Source: an uncultured Phycisphaerales bacterium (GTDB lineage Bacteria; Planctomycetota; Phycisphaerae; Tepidisphaerales; Tepidisphaeraceae). Taken from it: 64,000 nucleotides of DNA. A program made the translations under genes and the position numbers. The stretch spans positions 704,001-768,000 of the forward strand of contig CAWJPJ010000006.1 in the NCBI GenBank assembly GCA_963844715.1, in the 5' to 3' direction. How positions within the stretch are numbered: position 1 is the stretch's first letter; each line of letters opens with the position of its first letter. Of the stretch, positions 31,101 to 43,960 are shown one piece after another. Below the pieces are notes generated by a model. The model did not search any database, had not been told where the DNA came from, and worked only from the letters and a program-made list of their open reading frames with translations.

Positions 31101-34100
31101 ATGTTGCAGACGTTCTCTCACTCGCCCACTTCACGGTGCGCCGCGGCGCCGTTGAGCCTGCTGTCGTCGGCAACGTCGACCGCTTTCCGTTTACCTGGAT
31201 GCGCCGGCAAAAGCGGTCGCAGCGACATCCCGCATCGCCTTGCCCGCGCCGTGCGCGCGGCGATGGAACGACTCGAGCCGCGAATTCTGTTTACCTGGAT
31301 CGGCGCGACCAGCGGCAGCACCAACGACGCCGCCCACAACTTCAACAATACAAGCAACTGGAGCGGCGGCACTATCGACGATTCGTTTTCCGGCGTCACG
31401 CTCACCGCTAACACCACCCTCTATCTCTCCGCCAATCAAACGACCGGGACATCCGGCTTGAATCTCGGATACAGCGGGAACTTCAGCCTCACGTTTCTTT
31501 CCAGCAGCACGACGGCGCGCACCCTGACACTGGCCGGCGATGTCGCCAGCGCCCCCTCAAATCAAACCGTTACCATCGGCGACACCACCGACGCGGACGA
31601 CGTCAATGTCGTCCTCAGCGGCGGAAACGCGCACCTTGAACACCGCCTCCGGCGAAAACCTGGTCCTGGCCAACGTCGTCTCCGGGGCCGAGGCTTTGGA
31701 CGTCGCCGGATCCGGCACGGTCGTGCTCAGGGGCGCCAATACCTTTACTGGCGGCGCCACACTGGCGTCCGGCGGCTCAACTCGATATCAACAACGCCAG
31801 CGCCCTCGGCACTGGAATGTTCACGATCAACGGCGGAACCATCGACAACACCAGCGGCGCGGCCATTACGCTCGGCACCAACAACGCGCAGACCTGGGCA
31901 TCGGATTTTACGTTTGCCGGAACCAATAACCTCAATCTCGGCACCGGCGCCGTTACCATGACGGATGACATCCAGATCACCACGACGGCCGGCGACCTCA
32001 CCGTCGGCGGGGCCATCGGCGACGGCGGCGACGCTTACCAACTAACGCTGTCCGGAGTCAACGGCACACTAACTCTTTCGGGCAACAATACCTTTTCCGG
32101 CGGCGTCCAATTCACCTCAGGGGGCACCGCCGGCACCTTCGACATCGACAGTGCCACCGCCCTGGGAACCGGCATCTTCACGATTAACACCGGCGCAATA
32201 CTCGACAACACCAGCAGCGGCGCACTGACGCTCAGCGCCAACAACACAATTCATCTCAACGGCGATTTCACTTTCGCCGGCACCCAAAACCTGAATCTCG
32301 GCACCGGCGCCGTCAGCATGAATGCCAATCACATCCTGACGATCAACGCCGGCACCCTAACTTTCGGGGGCGTCATTTCGGGGTCTCACGCGGTGACGAA
32401 AGCCGGCGCCGGCGACTTGCTGTTATCGGCAGCGAACACTTATTCCGGCGGCACAACCATTAGCGGCGGGACCTTGCTGGCGAATAATTCCAGCGGCTCC
32501 GCCACCGGGACCGGATCGATAACGGTCGACAGCGGCGGCACGCTCGGCGGCACCGGAACGGTCACCGGCGCAGTTACCGTCGATTCTGGGGGAAACCTCT
32601 CGCCCGGCTCCGGCGGCACGGCAATCTTCAATACGGGAAATCTGGTCCTCTCCTCCGGATCAAATCTGAATATCGCGCTCAACAGCAATACCGCCGGCAC
32701 CGGATATGACCAGGTCAACGTCACCGGCACCGTCAGTGTCACGGGCAGCAACCTGGTCCTTTCCGGCTCCAGATCCGCCCGCGACGGTTCGATCCTGGAA
32801 ATAATCGCCAACGACGCCTCCGACGCTGTGACTGGCACCTTCCAGGGCCTCAGCCAGGGCGGCACCATCGCTTTCAACGGCGTCACCTACGGCGCCAGCT
32901 ACACCGGTGGAACCGGCAACGATGTCTCCCTGACCGCCGAAGTGCCCGCCACATCCACGGCCGTCTCTTCGAACCTCAATCCCTCCACCTACAACACCTC
33001 CGTGACCTTCACCGCAACCGTCTCGTCGACTTTCTCCGGCGTCCCAACCGGAACCGTAACTTTCTATGACGGCGCAACCTCCCTGGGAACAGGAACGCTC
33101 AATGGCTCGGGCCAGGCAACTCTCAGCATCTCAAGCTTGAGCGTCGGTTCTCATTCAATTACCGCGACGTACGGCGGAGACTCCAATTTCAACTCAAGCA
33201 CTTCGTCCGCGTTAACTCAAACCGTCACTGCCGCCGCCGCCGCAAAACTGGTTTACTCCGTTCAGCCGAGCAACGTCACCGCGGGTGTCGCCGACAGCCC
33301 GTCCATCGTTGTCGACGTTGAAGATCAATACGGCAACATCGTGACCACGGACAGCTCCAACGTGACCCTCGCCGTGGCGACTGGCCCGGGAAGCGCCACC
33401 GGCACTTTGACCGTGGCCGCGTCCAGCGGCGCTGCAACATTCAGCAATGTCAAATTTGACACCGCCGGCAGTTACAAGCTTTCCGCAACCGACGGCAGCC
33501 TGACTTCCGCGACCTCGAGTAGCTTTACCGTCTCCGCCGCAGCCGCGTCGAAACTGGTTTACGGCACACAGCCCAGCAACGTCACGGCCGGCGTCGCCGA
33601 CAGCCCCTCCATCGTCGTTGATGTCGAGGACCAATTCGGGAACGTGGTCACCAGCAACACTTCGAACGTCACCCTCGCCGTGGCAACCGGGCCGGGAAGC
33701 GCCACGGGAACATTGACCGTTGCCGCCAGCAGCGGCGTGGCGATCTTCAGCAATGTGAAGCTGGACACGGTCGGCAGTTACACCCTCTCCGCGACAGACG
33801 GCAGCCTGACCTCGGCTACTTCCGGTAGTTTCACAGTCTCCGCAGCCGCGGCTTCGAAATTGGCTTATGGCACGCAGCCGAGTAACGTCACCGCCGGGGT
33901 CGCCGACAGCCCGTCGATCGTCGTCGATGTCGAAGACCAGTTCGGCAACATCGTCACCAGTAACGGTTCAAACGTTACCGTTGCCATGGCGACCGGACCG
34001 GGAAGTGCAACCGGCACCTTAACGGTTGCCGCCAGCGGCGGGATTGCCACGTTTAGCAACGTGATTTTAGACACGGCGGGAAGTTACACACTTTCCGCCA

Positions 34101-37100
34101 CCGACGGGAGCCTGACTTCCGCGACCTCGAGCAGCTTTACCGTTTCGGCGGCCGCCGCCTCGAAGTTGGCCTACGGCACACAGCCAAGCAATGTCACCGC
34201 CGGCGTTGCCGACAGCCCCTCCATCATCGTCGATGTCGAGGACCAATTCGGGAACGTCGTCACCAGCAACAGTTCGAATGTCACCCTCGCCGTGGCAACC
34301 GGACCAGGAAGCGCCACGGGAACATTGACCGTTGCCGCCAGCAGCGGATTGGCGACCTTCAGCAATGTGAAGCTGGACACGGTCGGCAGTTACACCCTCT
34401 CCGCAACCGACGGCAGCCTGACCTCGGCGACGTCCAGCAGCTTTACCGTCTCGGCGGCCGCTGCCTCGAAGGTGGTTTACGGCACACAACCCAGCAATGT
34501 GACGGCCGGCGTCGCCGACAGCCCCTCCATCGTCGTTGATGTCGAGGATCAATTCGGGAACATCGTCACCAGCAACAGTTCGAACGTCACGCTTGCCGTC
34601 GCGACCGGACCAGGAAGCGCCACGGGAACATTGACGGTTGCCGCAAGCAGCGGCGTCGCGACGTTCAGCAACGTGAAGCTGGACACAGCCGGAAGCTACA
34701 CACTCTCCGCGACAGACGGCAGCCTGACGTCGGCTACTTCCGGTAGTTTCACCGTCTCCGCAGCCGCGGCATCGAAATTGGCTTATGGCACACAGCCGAG
34801 CAACGTCACCGCCGGGGTCGCCGACAGCCCATCGATCGTCGTTGATGTCGAGGACCAATTCGGCAACATCATCACCGGCAACAGTTCAAACGTGACCCTG
34901 GCCGTGGCCACCGGACCAGGAAGCGCCACGGGCACCTTGACGGTTGCGGCCGCCAGCGGGGTGGCGACCTTCAGCAACGTCATTCTGGACACGGCCGGCA
35001 GTTATACGCTCTCGGCGACAGACGGTAGTCTGACGTCGGCCACCTCCGGCAGCTTCACGGTCTCTCCAGCCGCCGCCTCAAAACTTGCCTACAGCACCCA
35101 GCCGAGCAACGTCACCGCCGGCGTCGCCGATAGTCCGTTCATCGTCGTCGATGTCGAGGACCAATTCGGCAACATCGTCACCAGCAACACTTCTAATGTC
35201 ACACTCGCCGTGGCAACCGGGCCTGGAAGCGCCACAGGAACCGTAACCGTGGCGGCCAGCAGTGGCGTGGCGACCTTCAGCAATGCGAAGCTGGACACCG
35301 CCGGCAGTTACACCCTCTCCGCGACCGACGGCAGTCTGACTTCCGCGACGTCCAACAGCTTCACGGTTTCTCCAGCCGCTGCCTCAAAACTCGCCTATAG
35401 CACTCAGCCAAGCAACGTGACCGCTGGGGTCGCGATAAGTCCTTCAATTGTTGTCGATGTCGAAGACCAGTTCGGCAACATCGTCACCACGGACGGTTCC
35501 AACGTGACCCTCGCCGCGGCCACTGGTCCGGGGCGCTGTCCGGCACATTGACGGTCGCGGCGAGCAGCGGCGTCGCCACCTTCAGCAACGTGAAAATTGA
35601 TGCGGCTGGTAGTTATACCCTAAGCGCGAGTGACGGCAGCCTCACCAGCGCGACCTCCGGCAGCCTCACGGTCTCCCCCGCCGCGGCGTCGAAGCTTGTC
35701 TACGGCACCCAGCCGAGCAACGTCGCGACCGGCGCCGCGATTAGTCCGTCCATCGTTGTCGACGTCGAGGACCAGTTCGGGAACATCGTCACCAGTAACA
35801 CTTCGAGCGTGACACTCGCCGTGGCAACCGGACCAGGAAGTGCCACGGGCACCTTAACCGTATCGGCCAGCAGCGGCGTGGCGACGTTTAGCAATGTGAA
35901 GCTCGACACCGCCGGAAATTACACACTCTCCGCCAGCGATGGCAGTCTAACCGCAGCGACTTCGAACAGCTTCACCGTCTCCGCCGCCGCCGCCTCGAAA
36001 TTGGCCTACGGCACGCAGCCAAGCAACGTCACCGCCGGGGTAGCCGACAGCCCATCGATCGTCGTTGATGTCGAAGACCAGTTCGGGAACATCGTCACCG
36101 GCAACACGTCGAACGTCACGCTCGCCGTGGCAAGCGGACCAGGCAGTGCCACTGGAACCTTGACGGTGGCGGCCTCCAACGGCGTCGCAACGTTTAGCAG
36201 CGTGATTTTTGATACCGCCGGAAGTTACACGCTCTCCGCCACCGATGGCAGCTTGACATCCGCGACTTCCAACAGCTTCACCGTCACCGCAGCCGCCGCA
36301 TCGAAATTGGTTTACGCCACCCAGCCAAGCAACGTCACTGCCGGGGTTGCTGATGCGCCATCCATCGTCGTCGATGTCGAGGATCAGTTCGGCAACATCG
36401 TCACCAGCAACGGTTCGAATGTGACACTCGCCGTGGCCACCGGCCCAGGAAGGCGCGACAGGCACGCTGACCGTAGCCGCCTCATCTGGCGTGGCAACGT
36501 TCAGCAGCGTGAAATTTGATACAGTCGGCAGTTACACTCTCTCCGCGACCGATGGCAGTCTGACGTCGGCGACTTCCAACGCCTTCACCGTCTCCCCAGC
36601 CGCGGCCTCGAAACTGGTTTATGGCACGCAGCCAAGCAATGTCACCGCCGGCGTTGCCGACAGTCCCGCCATTGTCGTCGATGTCGAGGATCAGTTCGGG
36701 AACATCGTCACCAGCAACAGTTCGAACGTCACCCTCGCTGTGGCCAACGGTCCCGGTTCTCTGTCCGGCACTTTGACCGTCGCGGCAAGCAGCGGCGTGG
36801 CAACTTTTAGTAACGTGAAAATTGATACGGCGGGCAGTTACACGCTGACCGCTACCGACGGCAGTCTGACATCCGCGACTTCCAACAGCTACACAGTCTC
36901 GCCAGCCGCCGCTTCGAAACTGATCTACGGCACAGAGCCGAGCAATGTCGCCGCGGGCGTCGCCGTAAGCCCGTCCATTGTCGTCGATGTCGAGGACGCG
37001 TTCGGCAACATCGTCACCAGCAACAGTTCGAATGTAACACTCGCCGTGGCAACCGGACCAGGAACCGCCACGGGCACGCTAACCGTCGCGGCCACAAGTG

Positions 37101-40100
37101 GGGTGGCAACATTCAGCAATGTGACGCTGGACACGGTCGGCAACTACACTCTCTCCGCGACCGACGGCGCGTCTGACCTCCGTCACTTCCAGCAGCTTCA
37201 CGGTTTCTCCCGCCGCCGCCTCGAAACTGGTTTACGCCACAGGCCCAAGCAACGTCACCGCCGGCGTCGCCGTGAGCCCGTCGATTGTTGTTGATATCGA
37301 GGACCAGTTTGGCAATCTCGTCACCGGCAACACATCAAGCGTCACGCTCGCCGTAGCCAGCGGGCCGGGAAGCGCCAAGCGGCACCGTAACCGTGGCGGC
37401 CAGCAGCGGCGTGGCCACGTTCAGCAATGTGAAATTTGATACGGCCGGAAGTTACACACTCTCCGCCGCCGACGGCAGTCTCACCTCCGCGACTTCCGGC
37501 AGCTTCACCGTCTCCGCTGCCGCCGTCTCAAAACTTGGGTTCACCCAGCAGCCGACCAATGTCCAGCCCGGCGGTACGATTTCGCCCGCGGTCACCGTCA
37601 GCGTCGAGGACGCATTTGGAAATGTCATCAGCGGCAACACCTCCAACGTGACGATCGCTCTCGCTAGCGGCCCGGGGTCCTTGAGCGGAACACTCACCGT
37701 CGCGGCCGTCAACGGCGTGGCGACATTCAGCGATCTCTCGGTGAATGCAACCGGAAGTTACTCCCTGAAGGCAACGGACGGCAGCCTGACCTCCGCCACG
37801 TCCGCCGGATTCACCGTAGGCACGGCGATCGCATCCATGCTTGCCTTCGTCCAGCAGCCCAGCAACGGCACCGCCGGCGCGGCGGAGAGTCCCTCCATCA
37901 CCGTCGAAGTCGAAGATCAATTTGGCAACCTCGTCACCACCGACAATTCCAATGTGACCCTCGCCGTCGCGTCCGGACCCGGGAAGCGCCACCGGCACAC
38001 TGACCGTCGCTGCCGACGGGGGCGTGGCGACATTCAGCGATGTCGAGTTTGATGCGGCCGGAAATTACACCCTCTCCGCCAGCGACGGCAGTCTGACTCC
38101 CGCGACCTCCAATGGCTTCACCGTCTCCGCGGCCGCCCCGTCCAACGTCGTCTTCAGCACCGGCCCGAGCGACGTGACGGCCGGCGTCCCCGAGAGTCCA
38201 TCCATAGTCGTCGATGTCGAAGATCAGTTCGGCAACATCGTCACCGCTGACAATTCCAATGTGACCCTCGCCGTCTCGTCCGGGCCAGGAAGTCGCCACC
38301 GGCACCTTAACCGTGGCGGCCACCAATGGCGTCGCGACCTTTAATAATGTGGTGCTGGACGCCGCCGGAACTTACACGCTCTCCGCCACCGACGGCAGCT
38401 TAGCCTCTGCGACTTCCGATAACTTCACGGTCTCGGCGGCCGGCGCATCGCAATTGGTCTACGGCACACAGCCGAGCAACGTCACCGCCGGCGTCGCCGC
38501 CAGTCCGTCCATCGTCGTGAATGTCGAGGATCAGTTCGGGAATATCGTTACCAGCGATGGTTCCAACGTAACGCTTGCCGTCGCGACGGGCGTGGGAAAT
38601 GCCAGTGGCACATTAACGGTTTCCGCCACCAACGGCGTGGCGACGTTCAACGACGTGAAGATTGACACCGCGGGAAGTTACACATTAACCGCGACGGACG
38701 GCAGTCTCAGCTCGGCGACCTCCGGCAGTTTCACCGTCACCCCCGCCGCCGCCTCGACACTGGTCTTCGCCGTGCAGCCCAGCAGCGTAACCGCCGGGGA
38801 CCCCAACAGCCCCGCCATCACCGTGGATGTCGAGGACCGGTTCGGCAACCTCGTCACCACCAACAGTTCCAACGTGACGCTCTCCGTCGCAACCGGACCC
38901 GGAAGCGCAAGCGGCGCCTTGACCGTGGCGGCCACCAGCGGCGTGGCGACATTCACCGACGTCATCCTCGGCACCGCCGGCAACTACACACTCGCCGCCA
39001 ACGATGGAAGTCTCACCCCCGCCACATCCAATAGCTTCACGATAAACGCGTCTCATGGCGGTCCGTCGGTCGCCGAGATCGCCTCCGCCACGCCGAGCCC
39101 GGTCTCTGGGACCACCACAAATCTCAGCGTCTTGGGAGCCGATGTTTCCGGGGAATCAATTCTCACCTACACCTGGGCCGCGACGGTCCAGCCGGCCGGA
39201 AGCAATCCCATTTTCAGTCTCAACGGCACGAACGCCGCTAAAAACTCGACGGTCACGTTCGACCAGGCCGGCAATTACACCTTCACCTGCACCATCAGCG
39301 ATGGACAGGGCGGCACTGACACCAGCAGCGTGAATGTCGCCGTGAACCAATCCTTCACGACTATCGCCCTGACCGCCAGTCCCGCGGTTTACGTCGGCAT
39401 CGGCGGAAATCTATCTCTCACCGCGATCCAATTGGACCAGTTCGCCCGTCCCATGTCCGAGCAACTTCCCGTCACTTGGTCCATCGTTTCCGGAACCGGG
39501 ACGATTAGCCCCGACGGCGTCTTCACCGCCCCGGCTCTACCCGGCACCGCGGTCATACAGGCAACCGTGGGATCATTTACCGGCAGCATCACCCTCGCCG
39601 CGGTGACGGGCACCGCGCCCGTCAAGATTCCCGTAGCAACTTTCTTTACCGCCACCGAGGCCTCCGGAAACACCAACCCGCTTCTGGAATCCGGCGACAC
39701 GACGAATACGTCGATCCAGCCGCAGGAGCAATCCACGTCCCTTAATTCGACCGACCAGTCGGGATTATCGCTCGGTGTCTCGGGAACGACCTCCGCCCCC
39801 GCGAGCGGATTTCAGCCGAGCCCATTCTTTTCCCCAGCCGGTCATTTCGCCGCGCGGCCCAATAATTCGCTCGTCGCCGGCGCTGCCCAAGGGGCTCTTC
39901 ATCATCCCGCCCCAATAGCCAACGTGCTCAAGCCCGTCGCGGCGCCGCCAGCGCAAAGCCGCATTCGACCCAGTCGCCTGCCCAATTAGGCCCGGTCGAA
40001 ATTACACCGATTAATAGAACGGCGATATTGCGCGATCTTGGCCAGGGGCAGTCGCCTCAGTGGAATCAGGACGTTGCCACCGAGGTTCGCCTCAAGCTTC

Positions 40101-40336
40101 GCGTCGGACTGGTCAGCGCCATCGGCACCGGCGCGATCAGCGCCTATCTGCTCTGGCTGATCCGCGGCGGCGGCGTGCTGGCCTCGCTCCTTTCCAGCGC
40201 GCCAGTGTGGAAGCTCGTCGATCCCTTCTTCGTGCTCCCGCGCCGCCGCCTGAGCCGCGCATTTTGGAGACGAAGGAATAAAAAGGAACTCGAAAATCCC
40301 GAAGATCGCCTCTTCGGAAAAAACGAACCGAAATAA
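31101..40336 (+). CDS. Giant (~3000 aa) surface protein: planctomycete export motif, autotransporter-type beta-strand repeats, Ig-like domains, 19 tandem 102-aa repeats, C-terminal TM motif; split by about nine apparent indels
   Basis: MERLEPRILF; TKAGAGDLLLSAANTYSGGTTISGGTL; PTGTVTFYDG...YGGDSNF. The repeat sequence continues across each frame break, and the frame of ORF 40028-40336 is open back past the stop at 39989. Confidence 0.8.
33240..39055 (+). repeat. 19 tandem ~306-bp coding repeats (Ig-like units)
   Basis: Unit SKLxYGTQPSNVTAGVADSPSIVVDVEDQFGN...SFTVSAAAA recurs every ~306 nt with mainly synonymous divergence. Confidence 0.92.
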
Positions 40337-40340
40337 ACCT

Positions 40341-42753
40341 ATGGCCAAGCTTTCAGATATTCTCAAGCTCGGAAACGCGACCCGCATCAGCTTCGGTCTG
40401 ATTCTCATCGTCCTTTCCGCGCTCGGCATCAGCTACAGCCTCGGCTACCTTCCCAGCCAGGCCGGTGCGTGCGCCCAGCGGCAGATGGAAATCGCCAAAA
40501 CCCTGGCGATCCAATTCTCGGCGGCGATCGAAAACCACGACGCCGGCGCACGTTCAAGACCTCGCCGGCTCGATCGTCGGGTCTCTTCCCGACGTGGCCA
40601 GCATCGGCCTGCGCGGCGTAAGCGGAAATCTCATTTTCGCCACCGCCGATCATGCGGCTAAATGGCAGATCGCCACCACCGCGAAATCCTCCGACGGTCT
40701 TCTCCCCGTCAACGTCGAAATATTCGATCACGACAAGGTCTGGGGCCGATTGGAACTGACCTTCAAACCCGATCCAGTCAGCCCCCAGCGTGAACTACTC
40801 GCCCTCTTCATTTTCGTTACCGCTTCATGCATGCTCGGGTTCATCCTGTTCATGAAGCGAACCCTCCACATTCTGGATCCGTCCCAGGTCATTCCCGAGC
40901 GCGTCCGAGCCATGCTCGATACCCTGGCCGAAGGCGCCGCCATCGTCGACGGCGACGGGCGCATCGTTCTCGCCAACCAATCCCTCGCCGGAATGCTCAA
41001 CACCGCGCGCGATCAATTGCTCGGCGTGCGCCTGGCGGAACTCCCCTGGGTCAATCGCGCCCCGCAGAACGCCGATTCGGATCCCCAGCCCATCCAACTT
41101 CCCTGGGATGACTTTTCCAACAAGGTCGATTGCCGCGGAAAAATGGTCCAACTGAAAACCGAGGCCGGTTCGCGATCCTTGGTCGTCAACGCCTCCAGCA
41201 TTCTCGACGGGCGGCACGGCGTCCGCGGCGGGGTCTTCACCTTCGACGACGTCACTGGAATCGAGCAGAAAAATCAGCAGCTAGTCGAGATGGTCCAGCA
41301 GTTAGGCCACGCCCAGCAGCGCGTCCAGAAACAAAACGAGGAATTGCAACGCCTGGCGACCCGCGACGCACTGACCGGCTGCCTGAACCGCCGCGCGTTC
41401 CACGAACACCTGGCTTCGCTGTTTGCCGCCGCGAAACGGCAGAAACAGCCGCTCTCGGCGATCATGCTCGACATCGACCATTTCAAATCCATCAACGACA
41501 ACCACGGCCACGCGCGCGGCGACGAAGTTCTCCGCGGCGTCGCCGAAATTTTGCGCAAATCCGTGCGCGGCGCGGATGTGGTCTGCCGATATGGCGGCGA
41601 AGAATTCTGCATCCTCACCCCCGCCACCGATATCGACGGCGCCTTTGCCTTGGCCGAAAAATTGCGCCAGGCCGTCTCTCGCGACAAGATCTTTGAAATC
41701 GCGGTGACCGCGAGCCTCGGCGTCAGTTGCACGTCCCTGGGCATTACCACGACGCAGGCACTGATCGACCAGGCCGACGAAGCGCTCTACAACTCCAAAA
41801 ATGCCGGCAGAAATCTCAGCACACGCTTTGATCGTCTCGATCCTTCGGTCGTCAAATCCGAAGACAAGGCCGAAACCATCGTAAGCGGCGAGGAGCCTAT
41901 TCCGATTCAGGCCGTGCGATCGCTCTTTGCCGCCCTCAGCTTCCGCGACCCCAACACGGCGCAGCATTCCAAGCGCGTATCGGAAATGTGCGTCAAGGTC
42001 GGCAGCACCTTTCTCAGCGGCCGTGAACTGCTGATCATCGAAACCGCCGGCCTTTTGCACGATATCGGAAAGGTCGGCGTCCCCGACGCCGTCCTGCTCA
42101 AACCCGGCCCCCTGAACAAAGAAGAATGGCGGCTGATGCACGAGCACGACCGCATGGGCGCCGAGATTATCCAGACCGCCTTCAGTTGCCCGCAGCTTTC
42201 GGCGATCATCGCCCATCATCACGCCAGGCACGAATGGATCACCGACAGCGGCAAACTCGGGCCCGGCGAATTCATACCCCTGTGCGCCCGCCTGCTCGCG
42301 ATTGCCGACGCATACGACGCCATGACCACCTACCGCTGCTATCGCGCCGCCATGTCCACCGACGCCGCTGTGGCCGAACTGCGCCGCTGCGCCGGCACCC
42401 AGTTCGATCCGCACCTCGTCGAGCAATTCATCCGGATCGTCGTCGTCGATTCTTCCGACGCGTCTTCCGCCCAGGCCGAGTCAGACCGCCTCGCCCAAAC
42501 CCTCCGCCTTTCCATGGAGGCCGAGATGCTGGCCACGAAGCTGCTGGAGCGCGATCTGGAGTCCACCGCCGCCATCGCCCACCATCTCGCACAGACCGCG
42601 GCGTCGTTAGGCTCCGACCAAGTCGCCGAGCAATGTTCACTGATCACCCGTTCGCTCGAGTCCGCCGCCGATACGCAAACCCTGCTTGCGCAGACAAGAG
42701 ATTTGCTGGAATGCGTCGCCGGCCGCGAGACCCATGGCTCCGACAAGGCGTGA
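40341..42753 (+). CDS. Membrane sensor PAS-GGDEF-HD(-GYP-like)-Hpt-like c-di-GMP enzyme (apparent indel near 40547)
   Basis: Two TM helices; LDTLAEG PAS; DALTG, DIDHFK, RGAD-x5-GGEEF; LHDIGK and IADAYDAMT; C-terminal AHHL...AASLG. Confidence 0.9.
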
Positions 42754-43057
42754 AGGCTGATACCGTTTGTTCGCTGCACTGCGACAACAGGCCGATTTTT
42801 CCAATATGCAGGCGTCCTCATTTATTGAAAAAGGACTGCCTAGATCCGCGGTCCCAGGCGGGTACCGCGAACCATATCACCCAAATTACGTGATATCTTA
42901 CCAACCAATACCGCGTCGGTTCCCGAGTTGGGCGTTCATGATCGGGACATTCGCCGACGCCGACTCCCGCCGCCGAATAACCTGATATCGGCCCGGAAAG
43001 AATAAACTCCCCCTCCGCGCGTTCCCTTGTTACCCTTTACACGGAGGGAACCGCGGC

Positions 43058-43889
43058 ATGCCCCGATACCGAAAATCCTTTCGTTCCGCCGACATCGAAT
43101 ATCTCGAGTCGCGCCTCCTCTTCACCTCGATCCCGCTCCCAGTAATCCCCACCGGCGCGGGCCATTTGTTCGTGGTTACCAGTTCACCGTACAACGCCGT
43201 GGGTGACGGGTCGACGGACGACACGGCCGCTATTCAGGCGGCCATCAATGCCTGCAACGCAGCCGGCGGAGGCACCGTCGAGATACCCGTCGTGACGGGC
43301 GCAAAGAATATCTACGAGTTCACCCAGCTCACGCTTGGCAGCAACACCAATTTCCAGATCGACGCCGGCGCGGAGTTGCAAGTGGAACCGCTGGGCGTCG
43401 AGCCCGGAGGAGTCGTTTGCATCGAGGCTTCCCAAGTAAGCAATTTAGAGATCACCGGCGGCGGGGATATCGACGGGAACGGCGGGTCCGGCTCGACGGC
43501 GCCTAGACCGACGGCTCCAGCACCTACCCCTCCGGCGATGGCAGCCCAAGCGGAGATTTCCTGTTCAGTTTCGACGTGTTGCCAGGTGACGTCAACCAAT
43601 CCGGCGGCGTCACCATTCAGGACGTCCTCAACGTCGTGAGCAAACAAGGCTCCAGCACAAGCACCCCGCCAATTATTCCATCTTCGACGACGTCAACGGT
43701 TCCGGCTCGATCACCATCCAGGACGTCCTGGCCACCAACAGCTTCGTCGGCTCGTCGTTGCCCGCCGGCACGCCTACCGAACCGACGATCGTCATTCAAA
43801 CGGCCAACCCCGTATTGCAATCCGCAACCTCCACCGCCCTTCTGAAGAAAAAACACCACATCGCGGATGCTCTTCTAGAAACCCATTGA
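43058..43889 (+). pseudogene. Remnant of a GH28/pectate-lyase-fold protein with a dockerin-like C-terminus
   Basis: IEYLESRLLF and AVGDGSTDDTAAIQAAINAC...GGGTV are joined out of frame near 43491 to LDGA*TDG...LPGDVN...DVNGSG. Confidence 0.7.
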
Positions 43890-43960
43890 AAAATCCCTCA
43901 ATCCGCCGAGAATGGCTTTTTCTGGGGCGATCGAAGGTCCAGAAAGGCCAGGAGTACGCC

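Noticed and set aside
35530..38300. Programmed phase variation in the giant protein, since the frame breaks recur near the GPGS codons
   Set aside because: No slippery tracts; the same kind of indel hits bamA and gltA, so a motif-linked sequencing error is more likely.
33240..39055. CRISPR array or diversity-generating retroelement
   Set aside because: The repeats are 306-bp coding units without spacers; no cas or reverse transcriptase gene is in the window.
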